A stretch of DNA of 20,000 bases. It comes from an uncultured virus (IMG/VR IMGVR_UViG_3300030419_006315) (taxonomy: Duplodnaviria; Heunggongvirae; Uroviricota; Caudoviricetes). How positions within the stretch are numbered: the stretch's first letter is position 1; each line of letters begins with the position of its first letter. Below the pieces are notes generated by a model that ran no database searches, was not told where the DNA came from, and worked only from the letters and a program-made list of their open reading frames with translations. This document shows positions 1-8,353 of this stretch, piece after piece. The stretch lies in IMG/VR virus record IMGVR_UViG_3300030419_006315; one strand, written 5' to 3'. A program made the position numbers and the translations under genes.

Positions 1-626
1 ATGGCGCCCTCACGGGGAATGGGCGCGCCTTGGTGTTAAGGCCCGAGGTGAAGAACACCTCCGAGCGCATTGATTTGAAGAAATCTCATCTTGTGTTCTT
101 CATCACGAGAAACCAGACCATCGTCCCGCCTGTTGCGAGACTCAACCCTGCCCAGGCAGCGGCTGCTTTCATGTTGGGTGAGTCGATCAAGACCAGCGCA
201 GCGGATCCCACCGCCAAGGGTGAGCCTGTTCGATGCGTGGGTACCAACCCCTTCATCGTGGGTTCGCTCTCGGCCGAGGGGAATCGTTTCTACGACATCA
301 TTAAGCGCAACGCGGACGACATTGAGTGTTTCTTATTGAACACCGGCAAGATTGGGGGCCCACAGGGTGAAAAGATCTCGTTGATGGCGAGCCAGGCCAT
401 TATTCGAGAGTTGGCCCGCGGGACAGTGCAGTGGAAAAAGGATGCCGATTGGGGTTACGAGACCCCTGTCTCCATTCCTGGTCTCGAAGTTGAACAGTTT
501 GAGCCCCAACGCTTCTACAGTGATCAAGAGCTGAACGAACTCACCTCGGAGTTGAAGGCCGATCGCCAGGAGTGGCTGTCTTCGTTCCCAGGTCTAGATG
601 AGGAGATTGTCGAGGTCTTTCAATAA
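1..626 (+). CDS. pckA: Phosphoenolpyruvate carboxykinase (ATP-type), C-terminal part; 5' end outside window
   Basis: Frame is open back to position 3 (GALTGNGRALVLR); motifs TGNGRA, VPPVARL..AQAAAAFMLG, VGTNPF, CFLLNTG.IGG match the C-terminal half of ATP-PEPCK. Confidence 0.85.
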   Translation, partial: GALTGNGRALVLRPEVKNTSERIDLKKSHLVFFITRNQTIVPPVARLNPAQAAAAFMLGESIKTSAADPTAKGEPVRCVGTNPFIVGSLSAEGNRFYDIIKRNADDIECFLLNTGKIGGPQGEKISLMASQAIIRELARGTVQWKKDADWGYETPVSIPGLEVEQFEPQRFYSDQELNELTSELKADRQEWLSSFPGLDEEIVEVFQ

Positions 627-662
627 GAAGATTTGTCACATTACTGACTATTTAGTAGTAAT

Positions 663-845
663 ATGAAGATAAAAGAGATAGAGCTATCAACACTCCTAAC
701 TTTGGCGGGCATCATCGCAATGGGCGCTGGATTTGTTTATACAGCAGAGTATAGGCTAGGCGCTATTGAGCAAAGACTTGAACAGGTTGAAGAAAGTCAA
801 AAAAAGTTAGGAAAGAAAATCAATAAGTTGAACAAGAAGAAATAA
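663..845 (+). CDS. Small membrane protein (one TM segment + coiled coil)
   Basis: Hydrophobic LLTLAGIIAMGAGFVY then heptad-like LGAIEQRLEQVEESQKKL; ACTATTTAG motif at 647-655 upstream. Confidence 0.7.
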   Translation: MKIKEIELSTLLTLAGIIAMGAGFVYTAEYRLGAIEQRLEQVEESQKKLGKKINKLNKKK

Positions 846-846
846 T

Positions 847-1038
847 ATGTGCTTGATTTGTATAGAAATAGATAAAGGTAGGTTGACTTTTGAAGAAGGG
901 TGGAGAAACCTTAGCGAGATGGAAGTCAGCTTAGAAGAAGACCACATACCTGTTGTGAAACAAAAGTTGATAGACAAGATGTTAGAGGAAGCCCGCGAGG
1001 CGCAGGCGCTTGAAAATGGAGACTCCAGTGACAAATGA
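847..1038 (+). CDS. Hypothetical protein with N-terminal CxxC
   Basis: Tightly packed in operon; MCLIC start; ATGA overlap with next gene. Confidence 0.65.
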   Translation: MCLICIEIDKGRLTFEEGWRNLSEMEVSLEEDHIPVVKQKLIDKMLEEAREAQALENGDSSDK

Positions 1039-1364
1039 GCCCAGACGATTTAAAAATACTAACAACGGATCTCATGGGCACATACGGTTGGCTTTTTGTT
1101 GTGGGCTTCGTAACAATGATGTTCAAGAATTTGATAGCAAATACTTTGGCTGGCGTGATGTTCATGTTTGGCAGCGATTTTGATACGGACGACATAGTTT
1201 ATATCAACGGTGAAAAGAAAGCAAGAATAGTTAGGCAAACGCCAAATAAAACTGTTTTTCATTTACTTGAAACAGATAGAAAGCTGATTGTCCCCAACAC
1301 AGAGCTATATAAATTGAGAGTCGAAAAGGTTTTGCCGGGATCGAAAAACGGAACGGAATTATGA
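1035..1364 (+). CDS. Minimal MscS-like membrane protein (TM + beta domain)
   Basis: TM segment, then LIANTLAGVMFMF, F.TDDIVYING, RIV, TVF, LIVPN pattern resembling MscS TM3 and beta domain; no large C-terminal domain. Confidence 0.55.
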   Translation: MSPDDLKILTTDLMGTYGWLFVVGFVTMMFKNLIANTLAGVMFMFGSDFDTDDIVYINGEKKARIVRQTPNKTVFHLLETDRKLIVPNTELYKLRVEKVLPGSKNGTEL

Positions 1365-1966
1365 AACTTATACTTGAAAATTGGAAAAAGTTTCTAAATG
1401 AAAGCAAGCTCCGTGTTTTTGATTTCGACGACACATTGGTCGCCACAGACTCGATGGTGTATCTCACTCTTCCAGACGGGAGCGAGAAGGAGATAACACC
1501 AGCGGAGTTCGCTACTTATCAATTGAAAGATGGCGAGTCCTTTGACGAAGATCCAGAGAGTGCTAACTTTGCATACAGAGAGTTCGGACAGATAAAGAAT
1601 CCTAAAGAAATACCTTTTGTAATGAACATTTTGAAAAGTGTAGTAAAGAAAGAGATGCAAGATCCAGAAGACCGTAAAATTGTTATCTTGACAGCAAGGG
1701 CACATAATGCTAGAATACCCATACTAACATTTCTGGAATATGTCCTCGGCACTTCCGCAGCAGAAAAGGTGGAGGTCCACACACTTGGAGACAAAGATCC
1801 CAATGCGAAGAGTGGCTGGATTGAGGCTGAAATAATGCAGGGTGCAACTGACATTGAATTTTTTGATGATTCCGGTCCCAACGTAGAAGCGGTGGCCGCA
1901 CTAAAAGAAAAGTATCCTGAAGTGCGTTTGCGTTCACGGAGAATAATTAAAAGGGGAGAGGGATAA
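1361..1966 (+). CDS. HAD-superfamily phosphatase
   Basis: Motif I VFDFDDTL, motif II ILTAR, conserved K, motif IV FFDDS; substrate not determinable. Confidence 0.85.
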   Translation: MKLILENWKKFLNESKLRVFDFDDTLVATDSMVYLTLPDGSEKEITPAEFATYQLKDGESFDEDPESANFAYREFGQIKNPKEIPFVMNILKSVVKKEMQDPEDRKIVILTARAHNARIPILTFLEYVLGTSAAEKVEVHTLGDKDPNAKSGWIEAEIMQGATDIEFFDDSGPNVEAVAALKEKYPEVRLRSRRIIKRGEG

Positions 1967-1969
1967 TAG

Positions 1970-2563
1970 ATGAAGAAACTAATGAAGGAGTGGAAGCTAT
2001 TGCTTGAATCAGCGACGATGGACAATGTTGTTGTTGCAATCTTTGGGCCAACTGGCTGCGGAAAGACAACTTACAAGAATCACCTTACAGACAAGGGCTG
2101 GAGGCATATAAAGTCATTCACCACTCGACCACCAAGACCCTTGGAAGACAGCGAGTACCACTTTGTCTCGCCTAAAGAATATAATGATATGTTCAGCAGA
2201 GGATTATTGATGAACACAAATCGTTATGATGGGCACTATTATGGAACGAACGTAAACGATTTTATGCAAACTGGCAAATCTGTTATTATAACTGACGTAA
2301 CCAGCTTGTACAAACTACACCGTGCTGCAACACAAAATGGTAAAGATATCAGGTTCATGCATTGTGCGATCGAAGACCCAGAAGAACTTGAAAGAAGACA
2401 CATCTCAAGGGGCACTCCTGACCGCGTTGCGTTGATGAAAAAAGAATTGCAGGACGATGCTTACCAAAAATCTCTCACCATCCCAGGAATCAGAGAGAGG
2501 ATGTATATTGTTTATGACATCGAGGACTTGGACGAGTTTGTCGAGGAAATAAAGAATGAGTAA
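1970..2563 (+). CDS. gmk: Guanylate kinase-like P-loop NMP kinase
   Basis: P-loop GPTGCGKTT; SFTTRPPR..E..YHFVS and YDGHYYGT nucleotide-binding motifs of the guanylate kinase family. Confidence 0.8.
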   Translation: MKKLMKEWKLLLESATMDNVVVAIFGPTGCGKTTYKNHLTDKGWRHIKSFTTRPPRPLEDSEYHFVSPKEYNDMFSRGLLMNTNRYDGHYYGTNVNDFMQTGKSVIITDVTSLYKLHRAATQNGKDIRFMHCAIEDPEELERRHISRGTPDRVALMKKELQDDAYQKSLTIPGIRERMYIVYDIEDLDEFVEEIKNE

Positions 2564-2774
2564 GATTTTTTATATTATGATGGTGACATTGCTTATGTCA
2601 TGCGCCTCCTGGTTGGAGCCCGCCTGTATCAACTTGAAACCTGGCACTGTTGAGATGTGCCGTTGTTTGCGTAGGATGGGAGATTTCAAGGCAGCACATA
2701 AGTGCAATTTGAAACTTTATGAAACGGAAAAGAATCACAACGACCCTTATGCACCATACGGCCGGTATAGATGA
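2556..2774 (+). CDS. Small Cys-rich predicted lipoprotein
   Basis: Hydrophobic N-terminus ending in lipobox-like LLMSC; four further Cys; overlaps both neighbours. Confidence 0.55.
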   Translation: MSKIFYIMMVTLLMSCASWLEPACINLKPGTVEMCRCLRRMGDFKAAHKCNLKLYETEKNHNDPYAPYGRYR

Positions 2775-3454
2775 TTGACTACTATAGCACTCTCGGCTTA
2801 GAACGCGGCGCATCCAAAGATCAAATAAAGAAAGCCTACCGCAAATTAGCTCAAAAGTACCATCCAGATAAAAACCAAGGCAACAAAGAGGCTGAAGAGA
2901 AGTTCAAGAGAATTAGCGAAGCCTACACGATTCTCCATGACGACCAGGCCAGGGTCGAATACGATCTAAGGACCAATCCTAATCCACGCTTCGACCCACA
3001 CAGCCCTTTCCCTGGAGGTTTTGGTTTTGGGTTTGAGTCGATGTTCAACGATTTCTTCAACCCAGGAAGTCCAGGTTTCCGTGCAGCCCCCCCTCCACCG
3101 CAACCAAAGAAGAAAAAAGAAAAAGCTGTAAACTTTACCGTGCCTCTTAAAAGTTTAAAGAAGAAGGTAAAGATAAAACAAACTTTTAAAATAAAAGAGG
3201 AAGTGATCTGCGGTGATTGCGGCGGCGTCGGTGGCGATCACCGAACCAAGTGTGTAGTGTGCAAAGGCTCGGGTGAAGTTCACACTATGACAAACTTGGG
3301 AAATAATATGGTTGTGAGAACCGTGCAGCCATGTGCTTATTGTGAAGGCACTGGACAGACGTTTGAAAACAAGTGCGGCACCTGTAATGGTAAGGGAGTG
3401 AAGATGGAGAAGGTTGTTTACGAGGCCATAATAGAGTGTAAGAAGAAGAAGTAA
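2771..3454 (+). CDS. dnaJ: DnaJ-family co-chaperone, C-terminally truncated
   Basis: J domain (DYYSTLGL...YHPDKN), G/F-rich linker, four CxxCxGxG repeats; only 227 aa. Confidence 0.9.
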   Translation: MIDYYSTLGLERGASKDQIKKAYRKLAQKYHPDKNQGNKEAEEKFKRISEAYTILHDDQARVEYDLRTNPNPRFDPHSPFPGGFGFGFESMFNDFFNPGSPGFRAAPPPPQPKKKKEKAVNFTVPLKSLKKKVKIKQTFKIKEEVICGDCGGVGGDHRTKCVVCKGSGEVHTMTNLGNNMVVRTVQPCAYCEGTGQTFENKCGTCNGKGVKMEKVVYEAIIECKKKK

Positions 3455-3673
3455 CTAAGCAGCCCCCGGTATTACTTGCCAAGACTCCGCTGCCATTGTG
3501 TTGCCAAGCTCATCTTCTCGAATCATCGTCAGCCTGCCACTTTGAACACAAAACATTCTCCAGAAATGAAAGTTATAAATATGGCTTACACGCTTCTCTA
3601 TGAGGATATATTTTGCTTGTGTATTCTTATTCAGAAGCAAATCGCCTTCTTTCATTACCTTTCTACGTTTCAT
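3455..3673 (-). CDS. Small KOW/SH3-like protein (GDL family)
   Basis: MKEGDLL... beta-rich pattern, ends WQVIPGAA. Confidence 0.6.
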   Translation of the reverse strand: MKRRKVMKEGDLLLNKNTQAKYILIEKRVSHIYNFHFWRMFCVQSGRLTMIREDELGNTMAAESWQVIPGAA

Positions 3674-3696
3674 GCTATAACTAGGTTATAGGAACA

Positions 3697-3900
3697 CTAA
3701 CCGTTCGATTTGATTCGTCTGATTCTTAATTTATGCACCTCTCTCACAACTTTGCCATCGATTAGTACATCCCACAACCATTCATGATGTCGGTACATTC
3801 CGTTATGTTCAGATATGCAAAGCAAGATGCCTAATTGGGGCTCTTGGTTGAATAGCTCGACCTCTACTAGATCGCCTACTTTTAGTGGTTGACGTGGCAT
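3697..3900 (-). CDS. Small KOW/SH3-like protein
   Basis: LKVGDLVEV...LGILL...WDVLIDG. Confidence 0.7.
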   Translation of the reverse strand: MPRQPLKVGDLVEVELFNQEPQLGILLCISEHNGMYRHHEWLWDVLIDGKVVREVHKLRIRRIKSNG

Positions 3901-3940
3901 AGTTCACCCTTACCAGTAAGTAGGGTGCACTATGTTTGAA

Positions 3941-4090
3941 TTATCTTTTATATGGAATTATATCTTTCGTAAGAACCCACACAGGTCGCCCGTAGATGCC
4001 CCAAAACACAAAGGCACTTTCTTCTTTTAGCTTCACCACAACACCAGGGTGTGTACCGGAGACATATTGAACAACATCGCCCTTTTTCAT
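3941..4090 (-). CDS. Small KOW/SH3-like protein (49 aa, not in ORF track)
   Basis: Hand translation MKKGDVVQYVSGTHPGVVVKLKEESAFVFWGIYGRPVWVLTKDIIPYKR*; ATGA overlap with upstream ORF. Confidence 0.7.
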   Translation of the reverse strand: MKKGDVVQYVSGTHPGVVVKLKEESAFVFWGIYGRPVWVLTKDIIPYKR

Positions 4091-4176
4091 TTCTTATTGC
4101 CCTCTCTTATAGCAAACGCCAACGTCAGACCCCCAGCAAGGAGCACAAAAAACATCATATCAAGATACGCATACAT
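4087..4176 (-). CDS. Membrane microprotein (29 aa)
   Basis: MYAYLDMMFFVLLAGGLTLAFAIREGNKK*; abuts or overlaps both neighbours. Confidence 0.5.
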   Translation of the reverse strand: MYAYLDMMFFVLLAGGLTLAFAIREGNKK

Positions 4177-4287
4177 TCAAACAGAATCATCCCATTCGTC
4201 ATTGTCGAGTATCGCGAATATCACACAGAGGATAAGCAGGAATCCAAAAATTTTAAATACATATTCTACTAATTCATTTTCAGTCAT
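4177..4287 (-). CDS. Membrane microprotein (36 aa)
   Basis: MTENELVEYVFKIFGFLLILCVIFAILDNDEWDDSV*; start overlaps stop of 4284..4520. Confidence 0.55.
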   Translation of the reverse strand: MTENELVEYVFKIFGFLLILCVIFAILDNDEWDDSV

Positions 4288-4520
4288 TCGTCTGCCTTGT
4301 TCACCATTATAAGCCAATACGAGTTGAATTGCAACTTTTTTTTATTAGAAAGTTGTACGGTGTATAATTCCTGGTCGTCTTTTGAAATAATGAGCCCAAT
4401 CCTATCTTCTGGTATGTCGCTATCCTCGATACCGAGTCTTATTTGGACTAAATCGCCAATCTTAGGCTCTTGATCTTCGTGCCACAAGTCGAATACGGGC
4501 TTCAAATCAATTTCTTCCAA
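4284..4520 (-). CDS. Small KOW/SH3-like protein
   Basis: PKIGDLVQI...IGLII...YTVQL; start codon (TTG) uncertain. Confidence 0.65.
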   Translation of the reverse strand: MEEIDLKPVFDLWHEDQEPKIGDLVQIRLGIEDSDIPEDRIGLIISKDDQELYTVQLSNKKKLQFNSYWLIMVNKADE

Positions 4521-4524
4521 TTTC

Positions 4525-4544
4525 GGGTATACCTAGGTATACCC
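4525..4544. repeat. Perfect 20-bp palindrome GGGTATACCTAGGTATACCC
   Basis: Self-complementary, intergenic, just upstream of 4284..4520. Confidence 0.9.
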
Positions 4545-4571
4545 CAAAACTGAGTATAAACTTTTATAGCT

Positions 4572-5267
4572 TTATTGTTCAATCTTTTTCGCTTTAGAGG
4601 CGATGGAGCGCACCACCATTCTCTCTTGACGAGACAAATCTTGGTAAGAACTAACCTCTTCTTTGAAGACGATCGGGCGATTTGAAACACGAGTCATAAA
4701 TTCGCCTTCCTTTCCTGCCGAAAAGCCACCGATTGATTCACGGTTGCCCATTCCGGGCCACTCGCTATTGTTCGTGCCAAAGACATAAGCATCCTGGCCA
4801 CCCTTCGGTATCAATAGAACGGAGTCTTGACAATACCTCACACCCAAGGAAACAACATTCTCAAAGAAGTTGGCCGAATCAGAAAGGTTGACTACAAAGA
4901 AGCTACCCTCTTTTACTTCGATAGATTCAGGTGCCTCCTTTCCATCTCTCTTGTCTTGTGCGATTTGCTCTGGCGTGCGATAGTTTTCAATGTAGGAACC
5001 ATCTACAGCCGTCACACCGAAACCAGCATCCAAGAGCATAGCTTTGAGTTCTCTGTTTCTTCTTTTGTTGGTTTGAAGGGTAGTGTTCTCTCCACCTTCC
5101 TCTGGAGCCAATTCGTCACTGCACCTACTCATATCAGTAGGGTCATTACGAAAGGCTGTAACAATCGCTGTATCGTGCTCAGTCATGTGTTTATGAAAGC
5201 GAGCGAGTCCAGATTCGTTTAGAACATTATCTCTCCATTCATTCATTATGTTTTTCATTTCAGACAT
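4572..5267 (-). CDS. Phage hypothetical protein, possibly DUF3293-like
   Basis: Long ORF; AIVTAFR...NKRRNRELKAML...GFGV..VDGSYIE...E.SFFV...QDSVL; family guess from recall only. Confidence 0.7.
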   Translation of the reverse strand: MSEMKNIMNEWRDNVLNESGLARFHKHMTEHDTAIVTAFRNDPTDMSRCSDELAPEEGGENTTLQTNKRRNRELKAMLLDAGFGVTAVDGSYIENYRTPEQIAQDKRDGKEAPESIEVKEGSFFVVNLSDSANFFENVVSLGVRYCQDSVLLIPKGGQDAYVFGTNNSEWPGMGNRESIGGFSAGKEGEFMTRVSNRPIVFKEEVSSYQDLSRQERMVVRSIASKAKKIEQ

Positions 5268-5296
5268 ATAATAAATAGTTCGTTATATACTAAAGG

Positions 5297-5360
<64 letters not shown>

Positions 5361-5370
<10 letters not shown>

Positions 5371-5780
5371 AATAGTTGACCTTTTTCATCCACCAGTTTG
5401 AGACAGATATTATAAAAAGTCTCAACCAAAAAGAGCCTTGGAATATCTTTAGCAGTCATTCCCTCAAAGATGTCAGAGGGGTCAACCTCTGGCATAACCT
5501 CTTGGAGGCTCCGTAAGCCTAATGGAGTAAGCACCCCATCAATCTCAAAGTCACCATCCAGACCTTCTTGGCTACGACGTTGGACCTCCCCACGGGGTAT
5601 CTTGACACCAAGACCTCTTTCTAGTCTGAAAGCAATGTCAAGAAAGTCTAACGACTCTGCACCCAAGTCATCAATGACTCGGGATTTCAATTCTACTTCT
5701 TCTGGTTCAACACCGAGGGCTTCGACAAAAGCGTCAGCTACAGCGTCGAACACTTCTTCATGTGTCCACTGTTTATCCAT
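5361..5780 (-). CDS. acpP: Acyl carrier protein, extended type (139 aa)
   Basis: DLGAESLDFLDI.F.LE...G.KIP phosphopantetheine-site motif; likely ATG at 5780 after AAAGGA RBS; long insertion before final helix. Confidence 0.85.
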
Positions 5781-5845
5781 TTCCTTTATCCTTTGGTAAT
5801 GGTATAAATAGTTCTTTATCTCCTCATGAGTACATTTATTATTAT

Positions 5846-5921
5846 TGGAGCCACTTCTCGGATTTGAACCGAGGACCGCGGGTTTACAAAACCCGTGCTC
5901 TACCAACTGAGCTAAAGTGGC
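5846..5921 (-). tRNA. tRNA-Thr(TGT)
   Basis: GCCACTT/AAGTGGC acceptor, CGGGT-TT-TGT-AA-ACCCG anticodon arm, GGTTCAAATCC T arm, encoded CCA. Confidence 0.95.
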
Positions 5922-5924
5922 GTA

Positions 5925-6191
5925 TTATTTTTTTATATGCTTCCATAGTTGAGGATACTTTACTACCTTGTGTCTCAAGGTTCTTTCATAATGGGTCATC
6001 TCCCTTTGAGTCGATGTGTTCCACATTCTCCAAAAAAAGCGCCTTTTGACTTTTTTACTTTGTATGTCATCGTATTGATCATCTGGGTCTTGGAACCTTT
6101 CGAGCAACACATAGATAGCCCTGTGTCCTCCTTCATTTTCCATCAACACGATGAGATCACCGGGATTGAATGTTGGGTTTAGTCTTCTCAT
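5925..6191 (-). CDS. Small KOW/SH3-like protein
   Basis: FNPGDLIVL...YVLLER...FWRMW, similar in pattern to 3455..3673; ATG 6191 lies just downstream of a promoter. Confidence 0.65.
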   Translation of the reverse strand: MRRLNPTFNPGDLIVLMENEGGHRAIYVLLERFQDPDDQYDDIQSKKVKRRFFWRMWNTSTQREMTHYERTLRHKVVKYPQLWKHIKK

Positions 6192-6202
6192 TCGTCTGTT
6201 AT

Positions 6203-6231
6203 AGTTTATCAAGTATGTGTGCTAATGTCAA
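6203..6231 (-). promoter_or_regulatory. Sigma70 promoter
   Basis: TTGACA-N17-TAAACT with TG extension; points toward tRNA-Thr/ACP/tRNA-Arg. Confidence 0.7.
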
Positions 6232-6464
6232 GGGTTTTGTGAAATTACTTTGAGGTGGCGAATTGCATACCAATCTTGCATGTATTCAACAACGCCGGTA
6301 TCTTGCCATAGTATTTTTACTAAATGCATTACGAGTTCATCGTCGAGGGGCTTGATTTCTATTACAACCCCAGTTTTTGGTTTATCTCCTTCAAATGAGG
6401 GCAGGTAACTAACTAGTTGTCCTATTTCAAACATATTTGTTGCTAATCTAGTTTCATAATACAC
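6228..6464 (-). CDS. Small KOW/SH3-like protein
   Basis: MFEIGQLV...TGVVIEI...VKILWQD...LKVIS; may start at internal Met. Confidence 0.7.
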   Translation of the reverse strand: MYYETRLATNMFEIGQLVSYLPSFEGDKPKTGVVIEIKPLDDELVMHLVKILWQDTGVVEYMQDWYAIRHLKVISQNP

Positions 6465-6653
6465 TAATAGGCATCCCCTTGTAAAGTATTATTTTCAGTA
6501 TCGTGCGGCGTCCCTTGTCTTGTAGTAAGTAGGTTAGATGCGCGTATGTTGCAAGAATGTTGCCAAAATTTTTTATTATAAAGCTGCGCCAAATTTTTTC
6601 ATATACTACATACCTGGGTACGCACAATACACCCAACTACCCAAAAATAATAC

Positions 6654-6682
6654 TTGACACTAGGGGAGGCTTGGTGTATAAT
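6654..6682 (+). promoter_or_regulatory. Consensus sigma70 promoter
   Basis: TTGACA-N17-TATAAT. Confidence 0.85.
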
Positions 6683-6709
6683 GCGTATTCATCTTTAGGA
6701 GAGAATACA

Positions 6710-6796
6710 ATGGAACAGTTAGCACCCTTTATTTGGTTTGGCGTTTACGGTAGTGGCATTGCAGGTGCAGCGGCTTACTACAGGTTCTTCAAGTGA
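6710..6796 (+). CDS. Membrane microprotein (28 aa)
   Basis: AGGAG RBS; MEQLAPFIWFGVYGSGIAGAAAYYRFFK*. Confidence 0.65.
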   Translation: MEQLAPFIWFGVYGSGIAGAAAYYRFFK

Positions 6797-6894
6797 TGTG
6801 GTCAGCCATCAAGCTAGCAGCCGCCTATGTTATTTTGCTTGTTGGAATACGTATATTTATAAAGAAATACCTTGACAACAACCCCTATCTTTGA
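6796..6894 (+). CDS. Membrane microprotein (32 aa)
   Basis: TGATG coupling; MWSAIKLAAAYVILLVGIRIFIKKYLDNNPYL*. Confidence 0.55.
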   Translation: MWSAIKLAAAYVILLVGIRIFIKKYLDNNPYL

Positions 6895-6900
6895 TATAAT
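6872..6900 (+). promoter_or_regulatory. Consensus sigma70 promoter, leaderless
   Basis: TTGACA-N17-TATAAT with TG extension; ATG 6 nt downstream. Confidence 0.85.
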
Positions 6901-6906
6901 AATTGC

Positions 6907-7095
6907 ATGACAAACGAGCCTTACATTCCTATTGAAGTTGGTGATCTTGTGCGTGTTGGTGCAAAGATCGGTATCGTTGTCAAACACATCACATGGGATG
7001 ACCGCTATGGCGGCTTCACCATCAAGCACGGCAACACCAAAAGCTCTTATCGGGCTGATTCGGTCATTTTGCTTTCTAAAGCGGCCCGTCCTTGA
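6907..7095 (+). CDS. Small KOW/SH3-like protein
   Basis: IEVGDLVRV..KIGIVV. Confidence 0.7.
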   Translation: MTNEPYIPIEVGDLVRVGAKIGIVVKHITWDDRYGGFTIKHGNTKSSYRADSVILLSKAARP

Positions 7096-7274
7096 TTTTC
7101 GAGGGTTCTTTGGTTGAACATATTTACTTAGGAGACGTGGGCGTTGTGGTAAAGACATATCCACCCACCATGTATACTGGTCGAATTTACGAAGTTATGT
7201 GGCAAAGAGGAAAAAAAAGCACGCTAGTGGGACCAAGAGAAATAAAATTACTTGACAAACCAACCAATGTTTGA
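7092..7274 (+). CDS. Small KOW/SH3-like protein
   Basis: EGSLVEH....VGVVV...YEVMW; TTGA overlap. Confidence 0.7.
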   Translation: MIFEGSLVEHIYLGDVGVVVKTYPPTMYTGRIYEVMWQRGKKSTLVGPREIKLLDKPTNV

Positions 7275-7280
7275 TACTCT
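7252..7280 (+). promoter_or_regulatory. Sigma70 promoter, leaderless
   Basis: TTGACA-N17-TACTCT with TG extension; ATG 6 nt downstream. Confidence 0.75.
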
Positions 7281-7286
7281 ATATAC

Positions 7287-7538
7287 ATGATACTGGAACG
7301 AGGCATATTGGTAAAGCATATCCCGACTGGAGCAGTGGGGGTTGTTGTGTCGCTTGATCCGCCCACTGCGTGTTGTGGCTATGAATCGTGTGGATGTGAC
7401 AGGGATAAATACTACACGCCAATGGCGAAAGTGCTTTGGCAAACCGGCGGAAGTGCTGGAAAGGAGACTGCAACTTGGGCTCTTTCGGTTGAGCCCGTAG
7501 ACGATAGCGCATACCATGTCCAAACAGATCAGTTGTAA
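7287..7538 (+). CDS. Small KOW/SH3-like protein with Cys-rich loop
   Basis: RGILVKH..TGAVGVVV...CCGYESCGC...AKVLW. Confidence 0.7.
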   Translation: MILERGILVKHIPTGAVGVVVSLDPPTACCGYESCGCDRDKYYTPMAKVLWQTGGSAGKETATWALSVEPVDDSAYHVQTDQL

Positions 7539-7731
7539 ATTTGTGGTGGGCGATCTAGTTTATCGACCAAAAGAAGAGAGCACATACAAGGGGCGTAAGT
7601 TAGGCATCATCACAAAAGTACACAACGAACCTTTTTCTAATTTGGTTGATGTTGTGTGGGATGATGGAAACAAACAAGAATCTGTTGGAACACAGCAGTT
7701 GAGACTATTGGCAGCAAGGAAGGAAGATTGA
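7516..7731 (+). CDS. Small KOW/SH3-like protein
   Basis: FVVGDLVY...LGIITKV...VDVVWDDG. Confidence 0.75.
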   Translation: MSKQISCKFVVGDLVYRPKEESTYKGRKLGIITKVHNEPFSNLVDVVWDDGNKQESVGTQQLRLLAARKED

Positions 7732-7856
7732 AACGCTATTACTTTATGAAAACTAAAGTCAAGTTCTTTCTTGAAGATTGTCTCTTTCACTTGTTTCATA
7801 TCACAATTATATTACTGGTAGCAAAGATAATTCACCTCGCAATCACAAGGATGTAA
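7728..7856 (+). CDS. Membrane microprotein (up to 42 aa)
   Basis: MKRYYFMKTKVKFFLEDCLFHLFHITIILLVAKIIHLAITRM*; exactly fills the gap between neighbours. Confidence 0.5.
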   Translation: MKRYYFMKTKVKFFLEDCLFHLFHITIILLVAKIIHLAITRM

Positions 7857-8153
7857 ATGGTAAGGTACGAACCTATCAAGTGTAAGGACGGCTTTGAAAT
7901 GAGCGTGCAAGCGAATAGACTCGTTTATTGTAAGCCACAAGAAGACGGAGCAGAAAGATATAGCCAGGTGGAGGTTGGCTTTCCTAGTGAAGAAGAAGAG
8001 TTGCTAATGCCGTATGCAGGCGATGAAACCAAACCAATCGAAACCGTCTATGCTTGGGTTCCAGTTCATGTTGTGTCACTTGTCATTGCGAAACACGGAG
8101 GAATTGTTACTGGAAAAGTGCCGCCAGGTGTGCCGTACTTGTTGGCGTTATGA
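7857..8153 (+). CDS. Phage hypothetical protein
   Basis: CKDGFEMSVQA...YC.P...VEVGFPS...TVY.WVP...KHGG pattern; AAGGA upstream. Confidence 0.75.
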   Translation: MVRYEPIKCKDGFEMSVQANRLVYCKPQEDGAERYSQVEVGFPSEEEELLMPYAGDETKPIETVYAWVPVHVVSLVIAKHGGIVTGKVPPGVPYLLAL

Positions 8154-8353
8154 AGGTTGGAGATCTGGTCAAAATAAATCCACCGGAACCTTATCCACAA
8201 AAGGTTTACGAATGGGATTATCAGCTAGGAATCATAACAGAGGTGACAGCCCATAATATGAGGGTGTACGTTGCCAGTCGAAAAAAAGAATTTCTTATTT
8301 GTAAAGAGCATTTGACTTTGGTAAGGGAAGGTGAGCAAGAAGAAGAATTATGA
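8150..8353 (+). CDS. Small KOW/SH3-like protein
   Basis: ATGA overlap; MKVGDLVKI...LGIITEV (track start 8054 over-extended). Confidence 0.75.
   Translation: MKVGDLVKINPPEPYPQKVYEWDYQLGIITEVTAHNMRVYVASRKKEFLICKEHLTLVREGEQEEEL

Noticed and set aside
4087..4287. Stop-codon recoding suggested by in-frame TGA-ATG at 4179-4174
   Set aside because: TGA, TAG and TAA all end well-supported genes, long genes are uninterrupted and no suppressor tRNA is present
5781..5906. N-terminal extension of the ACP ORF in the track
   Set aside because: Runs through tRNA-Thr; the RBS supports ATG 5780
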